A stretch of DNA of 64,000 bases, from assembly GCF_009914755.1 (NCBI RefSeq), contig NC_060937.1. One strand, written 5' to 3'. The translations under genes and the position numbers were made by a program. Under the pieces are notes generated by a model. That model did no database searches. It was not told the origin of the DNA and saw nothing but the letters and a program-made list of their open reading frames with translations. Shown here piece after piece: positions 38,687 through 52,628 of the stretch; position 1 is the stretch's first letter; each line of letters begins with the position of its first letter. The stretch is from the human T2T-CHM13v2.0 reference genome, Homo sapiens.

Positions 38687-41419
38687 AATGGAGCTCAAAC
38701 TAAAGTCTACAGATTAGTATCTGTGTAGTATTTTCTCTGTAATGCTGTTCATTTCTTCACTGATCAGTTTTTCTTGATTTGTAATAATCATGGGTAAATA
38801 ATGATGCAAATAATTCAAAAGCCTAGGTTTCCTTTTTGTTGTTGTTGCTATTTTGTTTTTGACAAGAAAATGTTCACTGTGCATTTATTTTAAATATCTG
38901 TGTATGTGAGAGAGGCAAATGTTTGAGAAAGGAAAAAATCATAGTGTTTGATCTTTCTCAGGTAAGAACAGCATCAAAATTACTTTATCTTTTGACAAGC
39001 ACAATTTTAAAATAATAATCACACAATATGCAAAACTTGAGGAAAATGTCAGTGGATAAGGAATGTAAGCTATAGTCAGTGCTGCTTCTGTATTTCTACA
39101 TGTTTCATTTGCACAGGATTCAGATCCTTCACATGTGATCCAAGGTGATTAAGGCATCCTAATATCCCCACAGTGACTGGCGCCACAAAGGGAAGTTGCA
39201 GAAGGTCAAGTGAGAATTAGAACTTGTTAAGATTTATTACAATCCAGAGTTATCTGCATGCAAACAAATTACTTCCTATCCAGCACTTTCACCGATGTGC
39301 TTTGCCACAGCAAGAAACTAAAGAGCTCTAATAGCCAATTGGTATTAATAATTAATCCAAACATTTCTATATGCCTTACCTTTATCCTGTGATTGACATG
39401 TGACCCTGCAGTTTATGAAAATATACCACAGGCAATTAGGAGATGTCACTTTGATGCACCTTCAATTGCCCAGACACCACTTAATAAAGCCCTTTTAATA
39501 CCTTTAATACCTTAAGTCTATGTAAGTTACACAAAACCCCACACCTTACTCTAAAAGGGTGGGGGAGAGTAATGTATCTAGAGTAGTTCAGTGTCCTTTA
39601 ACTGCAAATGCCCTAACCACTTAACAAGAGCTGTAAAATGGAGGGAGGACAGTGAAGGATAAGTCCATTTCTGGTGCACAACTCATTAAGATTTAAAGAC
39701 CCTGGGAACAGGAGTGGTGCATTTGTCTTCTACTCCTAGAGACTCAAGTTTTAAATTTACCTCAAGCAAAATGATTTTGCTAACCTCAGGCTTTCACAAA
39801 ATCTGACGAGATCTGCTTCATATGAGGTAGAAGGAAATCTCAAGGAAGTGAATGAGTCATAGGAAAAATGAACTCTACAAATGCAAAAAACTCTGTGAAA
39901 AAATATGATTAATATTTAAGTTAAAAATAATAAATCACTTTATTATCAAGGTTAATGCATTGTTATATTGACTAGAACAGGATATACACATATATGTATA
40001 TAGCTTTTCCCTATTTCACTGAGATTAATCATTTTATATTAAATAATATAAGCAATTGTTAGAATAATCTCTTTTGTCTTAATTGTCAAAGTAAGTTTTG
40101 CATTGTGATGGCTTATTCAGGATTAATTTATATCATAGAGATCTCATAACTGCTTACATAATCCTATGTAAAAAAGAAATGTCAAAAAGAAAAATTCATT
40201 TTTGAAAGGTACGTTATCTGACAGAAATAGCATGAGACAGTTTTTAATGCTTTTAATTTAATGATTTCATGGCACTAAAATTGCAGCTTCACTCAAACAT
40301 ATTTAATTTATTCCATAATTCCACACAATTATTGCTATTGCTTTTGATTAGGTAATGAAAACTGCAAAATTACTTGCATTATTAAACATTACAATTACAA
40401 ACTAGTTAAACTGTTTATTGATGTCAAATCATACCTATTTAGAGATTTGGGTTCAAAATATATTTCAATTAGTTATTTTACTCCATATTTTCTGTGCAAT
40501 TTATACTCAACACAGACTTTTCCAATTGTCCTTCAGGGGTCAAGCATCCTGTTCTGGTTCATTTTGATGAAGGTGAGTTACTCTACATCATCTGGAAGGA
40601 AACTTGTGCTATTCTTTGGTGCTATAACCAGCTGCATTACTGAAAGCAGGCTCTGTCCTTACACATTATAGATGGATAGCTTCAGATAAGAAAAAGCTAT
40701 CTTAGTGAATGTTGGCCGGAATTTTGATGTTTCTGTCTAGTAGGTGATAGGGTTATCATTCACATCTCTAGGTGATTTGAGAAGATGGCTGTCTGGAGCA
40801 ATAGATAAAGACTCATTGGACTGTTGCAGAGGAAAAGAAATTCAAGAGAAGCGTGTGAATTTATTACTAAGAAACAAGTGCCATAGTTTACAGGCTAAGG
40901 AAAAAAAGGATAGAACATGTGTGAAAAATCAGCTGCATTTTCTTTTTGATAGCATGATCTGTGCTATTGGATTATATAAAAGAAGTTAGCAGGTGAGGGA
41001 TATATCCAGTTTATTGGTTATTTTCTTTTAATCAAGCAACATGATGACAAATTTGGAGTAAAGTTGTAAAATAGCTCAGGTCAAATGGCAAGATTATAGA
41101 GCATATACAATTATATGAATTATATAATATATACAACATGCCTTACAGTAAGTAGAATGAAAGAGGTTGCAGGTGCTAGGACCAGTTTTATGCTGAGAGA
41201 ATTCTTTTCTCTTTCAATATATATTTAATTTTTAGTAGAATTATCTTAAAGAAATTATTTAATGGCTTTGGGAGATATGAATATTACATATATAACAGAT
41301 AAGTGTAAGTTTTATTTATTTAGCACATATTTACTAAAATATAGAGAGGAGTTTATTAAATAAGAATACAAAATCTAATCTATATTGTGAATTCTAACAA
41401 GAAAACTTCTATGAATGTA

Positions 41420-41710
41420 ATTGAGTTAAAAGGATATGAACTTTGAATTGGAAAAACATGGACTTTTCTGAGGACTCTTACTGGGTGTTTATGTTGGAAA
41501 ATATACTTAATCTGCAACTCTTAGACTGTTTAGCAATATATGTATATTATACATATTATATATATATATATAAAATCTCTCCTTGACTCAATGTACTCAT
41601 TTTCAAAAGGGGATTACACTACCTACCGCATAAGATTACAGAAAGGAATAAGGTGAATGAAAACCATCTATTGCAATATCCAAAGTAGCAGGCATTCAGT
41701 AACTGCCGGT
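41420..41710 (+). mobile_element. MIR SINE
   Basis: CTCATTTTCAAAAGGGGATTACACTACCTACCGCATAAG...GTAGCAGGCATTCAGTAA. Confidence 0.6.
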
Positions 41711-42091
41711 TATATTCTTTTTTCTTTCTGGAAATTTTGTAATAATTTCTCCTCACATGTTTACTTACTATAGCAGGGAGAAGTTCCTAAAGTAAGCTTT
41801 GGGGGCATGTCAGATTCCAGTTAATTATCACTTCAAAGAATCAAAAAGTAGGTAATTGTAACCTCCTTGTTTTCTTAAAATCCTACTTCTGAAAATCTTG
41901 GTGACGTTTATATACAGTGAATTAGCTAATCTGTTCTTATGGTTAAATAAGCCTCAGGTTTTTCTTTTGGGGAGACCATTGCTTAAATTGTCTCTAATAT
42001 TTATCCCCATTTTGGCTAATTCACAGTTTATCGATTATGGCTTTCTGGCATTTTTCTTGAATACTTACGCAATGCCAACCCTTCTCTACAG

Positions 42092-42402
42092 CAGTGGTCC
42101 CCAATCTTTTTGGAGACCAGAGACCAGTTTCATGGAGGAGACTTTTTTTACGGATGAGAAGGATAGTTTCAGGATGAAACCATTCCACCTCAGATCATCA
42201 TAAGGAGGGTGCAGTGTAGATCCTTCACACGTGTAGTTCACGATAGGGTTCTTGCTCCCATGAGAATTTAATGCTGCCACTGATCTGACAGAGATGGAGC
42301 TCAGGTGGTAATGTTAGCACAAGCATTTCTCTCCACCTGCCTTGCAGTCCAGTTCCTAACAGGCCACGGACTGGCCCACGACATAGGGATTGGATACCCC
42401 TG
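42092..42402 (+). mobile_element. MER1B (hAT-Charlie) DNA transposon
   Basis: CAGTGGTCCCCAATCTTTTTGG...GATGAAACCATTCCACCTCAGATCATCA...GTTCCTAACAGGCCACGGAC...ACCCCTG. Confidence 0.88.
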
Positions 42403-42709
42403 CCTATAGTATTGTCTTCAATAGGATGACTTTACATTTGCCATTAATCATCTTCATTCTCTTTTTTCTTTCTGACTCTACTCTTGTAAGGTTGATTTAG
42501 AATTCTGTTCCTGTTCCCTTAGATTAATGAATGACTGGAGGATTATCATTATCACAGTCATTTCAAGGTGAAGATTAGGAGATTGTTAAAAATGTATGTT
42601 TTCACCTAGGCCTACTGAATTAATACCTCTAGGGACAGGTCCAAGTAATTTATATCTGTTTGTCTCTCAGGTGATTGGTGACCATTCAGTTTGAGAATTC
42701 TGTTCTAAG

Positions 42710-43020
42710 TGAAAATTTTCTGGGGTGTTTTCCCTACCATCAGCCAATTTTCCTATTCTCTAGATACCAACTGTGTCTTCAATAATTTAATTCAATTCTG
42801 ATACTAACTACCTAGAGTTAGAGTCAGACTCCACAGGTTTAAAGGCTCAGTTCCATAAGACTGTCCTCACTCCAGAGGCCAGTCTAAAGTATCAGGCCCC
42901 CAGCTTACACACATTTCTGTTCAACTTGGCTACAAATCTGTAGGTTCTCAACTACCTCAAGTTTGCTAGAAACATTTTACTTAATGTTTACTGGTTGATT
43001 ATAAAAGACACAAATGCAGG
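42710..43020 (-). mobile_element. MER21-family LTR, 3' portion
   Basis: TTCAATTCTGATACTAACTACCTAGAGTTAG...GGCTCAGTTCCATAAGACTG...TTGGCTACAAAT. Confidence 0.75.
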
Positions 43021-43563
43021 CCTGCCACTCTCCCAGCGTCTCATTGTGGTCATCTTAAGTATGAGTTAACACATAACTATTAGAGCATTGTGTATTGTTA
43101 TTAAAAAGTCCTGTGCTTTCAAATACATTTTAATAATTTTTCTGTTTGTCCTAATGTGATAAGTGAAGAATTCTAAATGGATGAAGATTTATAACTACAT
43201 ACATTTAAAATTAGGAAGCATATTTCCCTTCTCATTTCTAGAGATTTGCTATATCCTCCCTTTTACTGGCGAGTTTCTTCAGGGCAGGAAAAATTGTGTA
43301 TAATTGAATTAGCTAAAACCTCCATATTTACTTATATAGGCTGTAGTCTAAGAAAATGTGACTTCCCCCCCCAAATCAACTCATCATTTGTAATATGTAA
43401 TTACTAGTGAGTTATCATTAAAAGACAGACACTTAATTGAACAGCATGTTAAAATAATGAAACTATATTCCCAAATTGGACTAAAAAGTAATATACTTTC
43501 CAGACATTCTCTGGAATCTTATAATCCCTCAGAATACCATTATAATCCATTCTATCTACTTTG

Positions 43564-43876
43564 AATTTTTGTTTTTTGTTTTTGTTTTTGTTTTGAGACC
43601 GAGTCTTGCTCTGTTGCCCAGGCTAGAATGCACTGGTGCGATCTTGGCTCACTGCAACCTTGGCCTCCAGGGTTCAAGCAATTCTCATGCCTCAGCTTCC
43701 TGAGTAGCTGAGACTACAGGTGCCCACCACCACGCCCGGCTAATTTTTGTATTTTTAGTAGAGACGGGGTTTCACCACATTGCCCAAGCTGGCCTCCAAC
43801 TCCTGGCCTCAAGTCACCTGCCCGCCTCAGCCTTCCAGAATGCTTGGATTACAGATGTGAGCCACCACAACTGGCC
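43564..43876 (-). mobile_element. Alu (AluSz/Sx-like) with (TTTTTG)n tail
   Basis: Full antisense Alu; perfect 15-bp TSD ATTCTATCTACTTTG (43549-43563 / 43877-43891). Confidence 0.95.
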
Positions 43877-44364
43877 ATTCTATCTACTTTGTAGGTCACT
43901 TGCAGAACAAATGTCAGCTTTCTATAATGGATTCCCTGGAATGTGACTTAAAGTTAGTGGTATAATGTTCTAAGCTGTTAAATATTTGGAAATGAACTGG
44001 GAAAAATAGCACATACATTCTATCTACAATTTCTCTTTCCCGTACAGCTGATCTATTGAGTTTATCTCTATGAGAATTTTGAACAAGTCACACTACTTTT
44101 CTACTACGGCAATTCTTGCCAGATTTGAAATAAGGCTACAATGTTTACAATGTGTACTATATTATAAAAACAATATATATTCTCTATAAAAATGTAAAAT
44201 GAATGTCTTACCATAAAGATATATCTACTCCAACCAAGCAAATCAGTTTTAATTTATATATTTGTGATTATTCTAGACCTAGTAATTTTGAAGTTAATTT
44301 TATAATACAAATACTTCCAGCCAATAAATTATTTTAGCCTCATATTTAAAGGTGCATAATATTT

Positions 44365-44484
44365 AAGGTGACCTTATGTTTTAGTTTGCCTGTCAGTTCC
44401 GGTTTATACCTGTTGCATAGGCTCTCTTGAAATTATCCTCATTAAAATTGTCTCCAATTGAACAAAAATTTTATATGGTCATTT
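44365..44484 (-). mobile_element. MER94-like hAT-Blackjack MITE
   Basis: Degenerate TIRs AAGGTGACC...TATGGTCAT with internal CCGGTTTATACCTGTTG. Confidence 0.6.
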
Positions 44485-45393
44485 AAAAAATATTCTTTAG
44501 AAAGAACCCCTATAGTATTTTAATTTTGTTCTATATTATCCATTTAGATTGTTTTCTAAAATACCAATTGTAAAAAAAATGCTAATATTTTAACATAGAA
44601 TTTATTTTTCTTATCTACAATTATTATTTGATAAAATTTCTAATTATTATTTGGTAAAAGTTCTAAGTTAGTAGAATACAATATGCTATTTTCACACTTT
44701 TGTTGCATATTGCTGGTTACTGGTGCAATTTATTTTCCCAAGATGGAAGTGAGATCTTTTTCAACCAGTTTACTGCTGCATGTACTCTGTGTTCTCATGG
44801 CATCATCCTCTCAGCAAACACAAAACTCAGCACAAATACTTAACCATAAAAAAATTGAAGAGTATCTAAATTGCTTTCTCTTTTGTAGATGACAAGAACA
44901 ATGTGGTTCTTCATCAAACCTCTGCAGCTCAGACATGAGTTAGAGATGTTCTTTAAAAAATGGAGATCAAAATAAATTTTAATATTTGTGTATGTGTAAT
45001 GTGTTACACACACACATACTAACATGCATACACACACTTATGCCCGTGCACACACTCACCATCACCCACCCATATGTGTGTGTGTGTGTATAAATTGTAA
45101 GCTTTCCAAAGTGGCATAAGTAACTTTAGAGCAGAGATTACATTGTATTGTATCCAGTGTCAGATAACTAGAATAAATACAATTTAATTGTACGCTTTTG
45201 CCATAGTTCTGAGAAGGATCAGACAATACGTATGAATAGTTCCCCTTTTAAAGTAAATAATGTATAGATTTTTTATATTTTGATCAATGAGTTAAATACT
45301 ATAAATAAATCAGCATGTGCTTAAAACTTTTCTTGGTGCTGAAAAGCTTGCTTTTCTTTATTAAAATAACAATTTTGTTTTTAAAAATTATTA

Positions 45394-45670
45394 TGCTGAG
45401 CACGGTGGCTTGAACCTGTAATCCTAGCACTTTGGGAGGCCGAGGTGGGCAGATCACAAGGTCAGGAGTTCAAGACCAGCTTGGCCAACATGGGGAAACC
45501 CCATCTCCACTAAAAATACAGAAAATTAGCCAGGCATGATGGTGTTTGTCTGTAATCCCAGCTACTCAGGAGGCTGAGGCAAGAGAATCACTTGAACCTG
45601 AGAGGCGGAGGTTGCAGTGAGCCAAGATTACAACATTGCACTCCAGACTTGGTGACAGATCGAGACTCTC
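45394..45670 (+). mobile_element. Alu (AluSx/Sg-like)
   Basis: Complete dimer to ...GACAGATCGAGACTCTC; no poly-A tail. Confidence 0.93.
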
Positions 45671-45730
45671 TCTATATCTATATCTATATCTATATCTATA
45701 TCTATATCTATATCTATATCTATCTATATC
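45671..45730. repeat. (CTATAT)n hexanucleotide microsatellite in place of the Alu tail
   Basis: About 9-10 units read directly. Confidence 0.95.
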
Positions 45731-46809
45731 TTTTTCTGTTCATTCTGAATTCTATGAATATCCAAAGCTCAATGTTAGTGACCTGATTCCTGATTAAAAT
45801 TTTGATGATAGGTCATGTAGACATATTACTTTATTCCTTTGAATGTTTCTAAATTTTGTTTGTCTTCTATTATGATCTTACATATTTTATTTTGAAGTAC
45901 AGCTATCTCTAAAAAGCCTCATTTTTTTGTTTACAAAATTCAATTCCTTCCATATCCCACTCATGTTCATTTACTTTGTATCATCTCATTTAGCTCTTTA
46001 TGTAGTAGAGCCAATAGTGGCTTCTTGCACAAATAAATGGAACTAATAAAGTGATTATCAGTATTTACTGAGTGATAAGCATGCATTTAACAGATAATCC
46101 TTGATGAAAAGGAGACAAGAAGGTTCGAATGTGTAAGTAGAGAGACAGGACAAATAGGCAAAAAGAGCAATAGTCCAAATACCAGATGACTGAGACTTAC
46201 TGCTTTTTCTACAATAGCCTATCTACATAAAATTGGAAGAGGCTTGAAGATCTTTTGGTGTCAGTTTCCTCATGTTTACAGTAGTAGGAGGCTACAGATA
46301 TCTCTAAAATACTTCTGTTCTAAAAGACTCTGCAATTTTAAATGTGGATATATTTTATCACAAACATGTTAATGCATTTGCAATTTGGAGTAAAAAAAAA
46401 AAAAAATCCTGAATGCTTTAGTCCCTAATAGTTAAGTAACTTTTCACGGAGCTTTGTCTATACATTTTTTTCGATATAATGTCTTCGGAAGATATATTTT
46501 ATCTACTAAATAAACTAGATTCCATAAAATGTTTCTTATTAGAATTTGGTGTCACAGTATTTTTATCAATTATGTGTACTACTAAATAAAACAACAATAA
46601 TCTTTGATGGAATTATTTTCAGTTTATCCACTAATTTGAGAAAGCCAGGTCCAAGAGAGTTATTTTATTTTGAAAAACTCTGATAGGAAAGAAGAATCTG
46701 TTCTTTTTCTGAGTATTAGAGAAGTCTGCAAAGACTGCAAAGTTAATCACAGATTGAAATCAGTAGTGATGACTTAAGGTTTTTCCTTTGTGTAAAAATA
46801 CATAATTTC

Positions 46810-47294
<485 letters not shown>

Positions 47295-48836
47295 TTATTT
47301 CAGAAAATGTTGCATTTGTTCTGAGTGTATAACTTAGGTCAGAGAGCAAAACATGATATTAAGACAAAGTTATTACATTTTTAAAATACTATATAAGAAT
47401 TGTTTTTAAATATTTATATTAAACACTATAAATGTTTAAACCAAATTGTATATATTATATAGACATCAAATTCTACACTAGGCATGTGAATCCCTCTGTT
47501 TAACTGTGTGTAAAAATTTACCTGCAAAATAATATTAAGTTCTGCACTTCTTCGTGTTAAAGCGTTTACAAATGAATTTTGTATTATAACCATCAGTACA
47601 CTAGGGTTATAATGATCTATTTTTCAAATTTAAAATGCTAGTGTATGTATCTATGTATCACTATACATTTTAATGGAACAATTTGGCCACATTGATTTTA
47701 CTCTGTTCACATTGGAAAAGTTGATTTTTTTATGTGTTGACTACTCTAGGAAACCTCTCTATTTAATTTTATATCCTTATCATGGATTTTGTATTTAAAA
47801 ATTCCAAAGATTTGCAAGTCATGATGTATATTTCATAAGAGACCATTTCTGTCATGGTTTTGTTACACAAAGTTCTTTAGAAATCTTGTCAAAGTTAAGT
47901 TATAATTATGTTTTGTGTCTTTATCAATTGCATGGGTCTATAACTCTATTTGTGATAGGTTAAACAGATGAAAAATATTGGCTTGCAACAAAGCTTCGTT
48001 TTATCTTTTGACATATTCCCATAATTAATTAGTGGCTTTTGGGGAGCTAAAAAGATGATCCCAACTTGTTACAGTGTTATAATTTACTGAATATTATGAT
48101 TGCCACCTTTAATGACACAACGTACAAAGGCTAATGATACATTAGACAGTATAAGAGTGCCAATTAAAGGGTAATGGTCATTCCAAAGGTTAATGCTTGT
48201 AACTCTTGAAAGAGAATAAATTGATCTAATACAATTTATTTTAAGAGAAAACTTCCCTTCTATGATGCTGTGACTAATTATCCTATTGGCAATTCAGTAG
48301 ACATACATAATCATTCAATCCACTACTATCAATGTCTTAATAAAAGCTTTGGAATGTGGAAAGTGTGAAGCTTTTCACACGCAAAAAGGAACTTTACATA
48401 GATGATGATTATTTGACTGAGAGAAAAGGCAAGCTGTTTGAAAGTTTGAGAGAATTTAGAACATACCCCGTAAAAATGCCACAACCATATGATGATATTA
48501 AAATGTTAAGCAAATGCTATCACTATACGTGCTGTTCACATACATGCACATATTTATATATGAACACCAGTCAGAATTTAGTTTCCTTTTGAAAAGCTCA
48601 AGAGTTTGTAGAGTGACACAGAACAAAATTAATAGCTCTCTAAATAATAGGCTAGAAGAAAGAACTATCGTATCTGAGCATTATGAACCTTACCTCGTTC
48701 TGAAAAGGAGCTGAAGTAAAGTGAGAGAAATGGTCTGCTGGCTCCTAATTCGTGAAGTGACAATGATGAATGAATGGGAGTTAGCTCCAGCTGTAGCTGC
48801 ATTTTAGCTCTTGCATACTTTCAGCTGCTAGAGACA

Positions 48837-48842
<6 letters not shown>

Positions 48843-48885
<43 letters not shown>
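48843..48885. repeat. (CA)n microsatellite
   Basis: About 21 perfect units. Confidence 0.95.
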
Positions 48886-48887
<2 letters not shown>

Positions 48888-49692
48888 TTCCTAGTAGCAA
48901 CACCAAAAAAAATGCCTTTTCTAAAGTAGTGTCTAAACAGTCTCCATGAAGAAGTCCGTTCATTCATCTGTGAGGGAACCCTTTTTTGTTAGCAGCTACA
49001 AAAACATCCAATGGCATGTAGCTCTTTCAAATATATATCACATAGATTGGAAACATTCTAATTAGTCATTTCAGTTTTTCCAAAGTTAAACAAGTTAGCC
49101 ATTCTGTGGAGAGATAGAATACAAAAAATTGTTAGTTTATCTCTGCTCAAGATTGTTTGAAACAGAAAACATGCAAAACACAAGGCTAAATTTAAGGAGA
49201 AGAAAATAAACTCGTGATTTTTACCTGTTACCTTACTTTTCTCAGGTCCAACTTTAGCCCCAATTTTATATAAAAATCATTCCTTAAAAATAAGTCACCA
49301 AAATCTTACTGGAAAACCAAAAGTCTTTTCTCCATTTCTCCTCATTCATTTACTCAAGATTAAAGTTAAACTGTTTCCATATCCAGGAATCAATGTGCCC
49401 ACAGTCACTCCGCTAGATCCATCACACCTGTGCAGTAGATAATCATAGAGACATGCAGAAGGGCAGAACAGGAGAACATTGCTTAATTTCTCTGAATTCA
49501 AATTATGCATCTAAAACATGGAAATTAAAATAACTACCACAAATTTAATTATGACTATTAAGTGAAAACATTTGAGAGTTGATAAACCTTAGCTACTCTT
49601 AATCTATATATAAATTTTTATCTGGCTTATTTCTTTAACTTTTTCTTCTCCTGGATATTAATTAATTTTGAATGCTTGTAATAATTCTGATA

Positions 49693-51210
49693 CAGTCATG
49701 CACTGCATAACAACATTTTGGTCAATGACAGACCACATATATGAAAGTAGTCTCATAAAATTTTAATGGAGCTGAAAAATTCCTATCACCTAGTGACATT
49801 GTAACCACAATAATGTCCTAAAAAATGCGTCACGATGTATTCGTGATGATGCTGGTGTAAACAAACATATTTGGATACCAATCATATAGAAATATAAGCC
49901 CATATAATTATGCACAGTACCGAATACTTGATAATAATAATAAATGACTGTTACTGATTTATGTATTTATTATACTATACTTTTTATCATTATTTTAGAA
50001 TGGAATTCTTCTATTTATGAAAAAAACAGCCTCAGGCAAGTCCTTCAGGAGGTCTTCCGGAAGAAGGCATTGTTATCATAAGAGGTGACAGCTCCACGCA
50101 TGTTACCGCCCTTAAAGACCTTCCAGTAGGACAAGATGTGAAAGTAGGAGACAGAGACACTGATGAACCTGAGCTTGTGTAGGCCTAGGCTAATGTGTGT
50201 GTCTGTGTGTTAATTTTTAACAAAAAGCTTTAAAAGGAAAAATATAATTAAATATAAAACAGCCTTATAGAATAATGATATAAAGAAGAAAAATATTTTT
50301 GTACAGCTGTACAATGTGTCTGCCTTTTCAGCTACATGTTATTACAGAGTCAAAAAGTTAGAAAAAAATAAAAATTTATAAAATAGAGAAATTACAGTAA
50401 GTTAAGGTTAACTTATTGAAAAAAATTCTTATAAATTTATTGTAGCCTAAATGTACAGTGCTTATAAAGTCTATGGTAATGTACAATAATGTCCTAAGCC
50501 TTCACATTAACTCACCACTCACTCACTGAATCATGGAGAGCAACTGTCAAACTGGAAAGCTTCATTCATGATAAATGCCTTATATAGGTACACCATTTAT
50601 TATCTTTTATATTGTATTTTTGCTGTACCTTTTGTATGTTTAGATTCACAAATACATACCATTGCATTACAATTGCCTACAGTATTTAGTAAAGTAACAT
50701 ATGGTACAGGTTTGTAGCCTCAAAGCAATAGGCTAGAACAGATAGCCTAGGTGTGTCGTGGGCTATCACATCTAGGTTTGTGTAAGTACACTCTATGATA
50801 TTTACACAAGAACAGAATTAACTGACACATTTCTTAGAATTTATCCTCCATCATGGCTGGGCGCATTGGCTCATGCCTGTAATCCCAGCACTTTGGGAGG
50901 CAAAGGCAGACGGATCACTGGAGGTCAGGAGTTCGAGACCAGCATGACCAACATGGTGACACCCCGTCTCTACTAAAAATACAAAAATTAGCCAGGTGTG
51001 GTGGTGGGTGTCTGTAATCCCGGCTACTTGGGAGGCTGAGGCATGAGAATTGCTTGAACCCAGGAAGCGGAGGTTGCAGTGAGCCAAGATTGCACCACAC
51101 CATTGCACTCCAGCCTGGGCAACAAGAATCAGACTCAGTCTCAAAAAAAAAAAAAAAAAGGAAAGAAAAGAAAGAACTTATCCCCCATATCATTAAGCAA
51201 CATATGACTG
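49693..51210 (+). mobile_element. Tigger3b (Golem/MER7) DNA transposon, interrupted near its end by an Alu
   Basis: TIRs CAGTCATGCACTGCATAAC / TTAAGCAACATATGACTG; internal GGAGCTGAAAAATTCCTATCACCTAGTGAC, CAGCCTCAGGCAAGTCCTTCAGGAGG. Confidence 0.88.
50855..51173 (+). mobile_element. Alu (AluSq-like) nested in Tigger3b
   Basis: Full dimer; degenerate TSD AGAATTTATCCTCCAT / AGAACTTATCCCCCAT. Confidence 0.93.
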
Positions 51211-51827
51211 CAGTTATAAATTAAATTATGCATATGTACGTTTTAATAACCTCTTTTTAAATATCTACCTATTTATAACCTTTTCAAATACATCTTGCTT
51301 TCCCTCTCTCTCTTGAACATAGACAATGGCAGCAAGGCCATTGAGAGTCTAAAGAAGAATATCTCCAAGCAGGAGTCGCTCCTCAGGGCACATAACCTCA
51401 ACGACAAGAGTTACACATTCCTGATTTCCTCTGACTATGAATATGTCTAACAGAGGGAGAACTTGTGGAAGCAGCAGCAGAAGTATTTCAAAAGCTTTTC
51501 TCTGATGTTTGTGGAGCTACAGATGTTGATCAACATGTCTGTCAAACTTCAGACTGCTCACAACATTCTAATGACTGTCAACAAAGAAGATGGTGAATCT
51601 CCTGAGTATTACAGGTTTCTGAATATTGTAGTCCACTCCACCACCAGACTAAAGCAGAGCTTATGTCTGTACTGAACCCTGGAGATAGATTTCTATTGGT
51701 GTTTTGTCAATTATATATACTTAAAAATTTGAGAAAGGTAATATTTCAAATAAACAACAAATATATTGCCTATTGAAGATGCAACATGCATGCATATACA
51801 TTACTTAATATAAGAAATAAAATATAT

Positions 51828-52628
51828 TGTGATCTTTCTACTCCTTAGCTCAGCTGGGTCCAAGTTTTTGTCTCATGACCCGGAAGAATTAGGCACATGG
51901 ACACTGGAGTGAGTGGAGTAGAATTTTTTAAGCAAAAGGAAAGCTCTCAGCAGAGAGAGTGGTCCTGAAAGCAGGTTGCCAGTTACCCCCTTCACGGTTG
52001 AATACAGGGAATTTTTTTTATAAGCTGATGAGGCTGGGTTCGTTGTTTGTAACAAGGTGCAAATTCCTGGCAGCTCCACCCCATCCTTCCAGTGCACATG
52101 CGGGCTCTTAGTCTGAGCCTGTCCATATTTATTTATTTCCCTTACTGCTCATGTGCTAAGGAATGAAATTTTCCACTGTAGGCCTGTTTAGGCAAGCCTC
52201 TTGTGCAAGTTCCCTTAGCTGCATAAAGCATCTGGTATAGGCTAGGCATGGTGGCTCACATCTGTAATCCCAGAACTTTGGGAGGAGGAGGCCAGTGGAT
52301 CATGAGGTCAGGAGATCGAGACCATACTGGCTAACATGGTGAAACCCTGTCTCTATTAAAAATACAAAAAATTAGCCAGGCATGGTGGCACGTGCCTGTA
52401 GTTCCACGTACTTGGGAAGCTGAGGCCAGAGAATTGCTTGAACCCGGGAGAGGGAGACTACAGTGAGCCTAGATCACACCACAGAACTCCAGCCTGGGCG
52501 ACAGGGTGAGACTCCATCCCCCAAAAAAAAAAAAAAATATCTGGTGTAAGACTTGTGGGGTGCATCAGAGGTTCTCCAGGGACCCTTCTTTTACTTTCTG
52601 CATAAAACAAGTTATTTAACTCTCCACA
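51828..52628 (-). mobile_element. MER61-family solo LTR (ERV1), interrupted by an Alu
   Basis: CCTTAGCTCAGCTGGGTCC...GAAGAATTAGGCACATGGACAC...GGAAAGCTCTCAGCA; near-match TSD ATAT/ATAC. Confidence 0.75.
52240..52537 (+). mobile_element. Alu (AluSc-like) nested in MER61
   Basis: Full dimer; degenerate TSD AAAGCATCTGGTATA / AAAATATCTGGTGTA. Confidence 0.92.

Noticed and set aside
24270-43020. Idea that the MER21C 5' piece (+, 24.3 kb) and 3' piece (-, 42.7 kb) are one LTR split by an 18-kb inversion
   Set aside because: The two pieces appear to overlap in consensus coordinates (both contain the TCTTTTA.AAT...TTCTAGCAAA segment) with different sequences, favouring independent insertions
48356-48592. 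Protein-like 78-aa ORF (LYIDDDYLTERKGKLF)
   Set aside because: GTG start, no recognisable homology, no clear flanking splice sites
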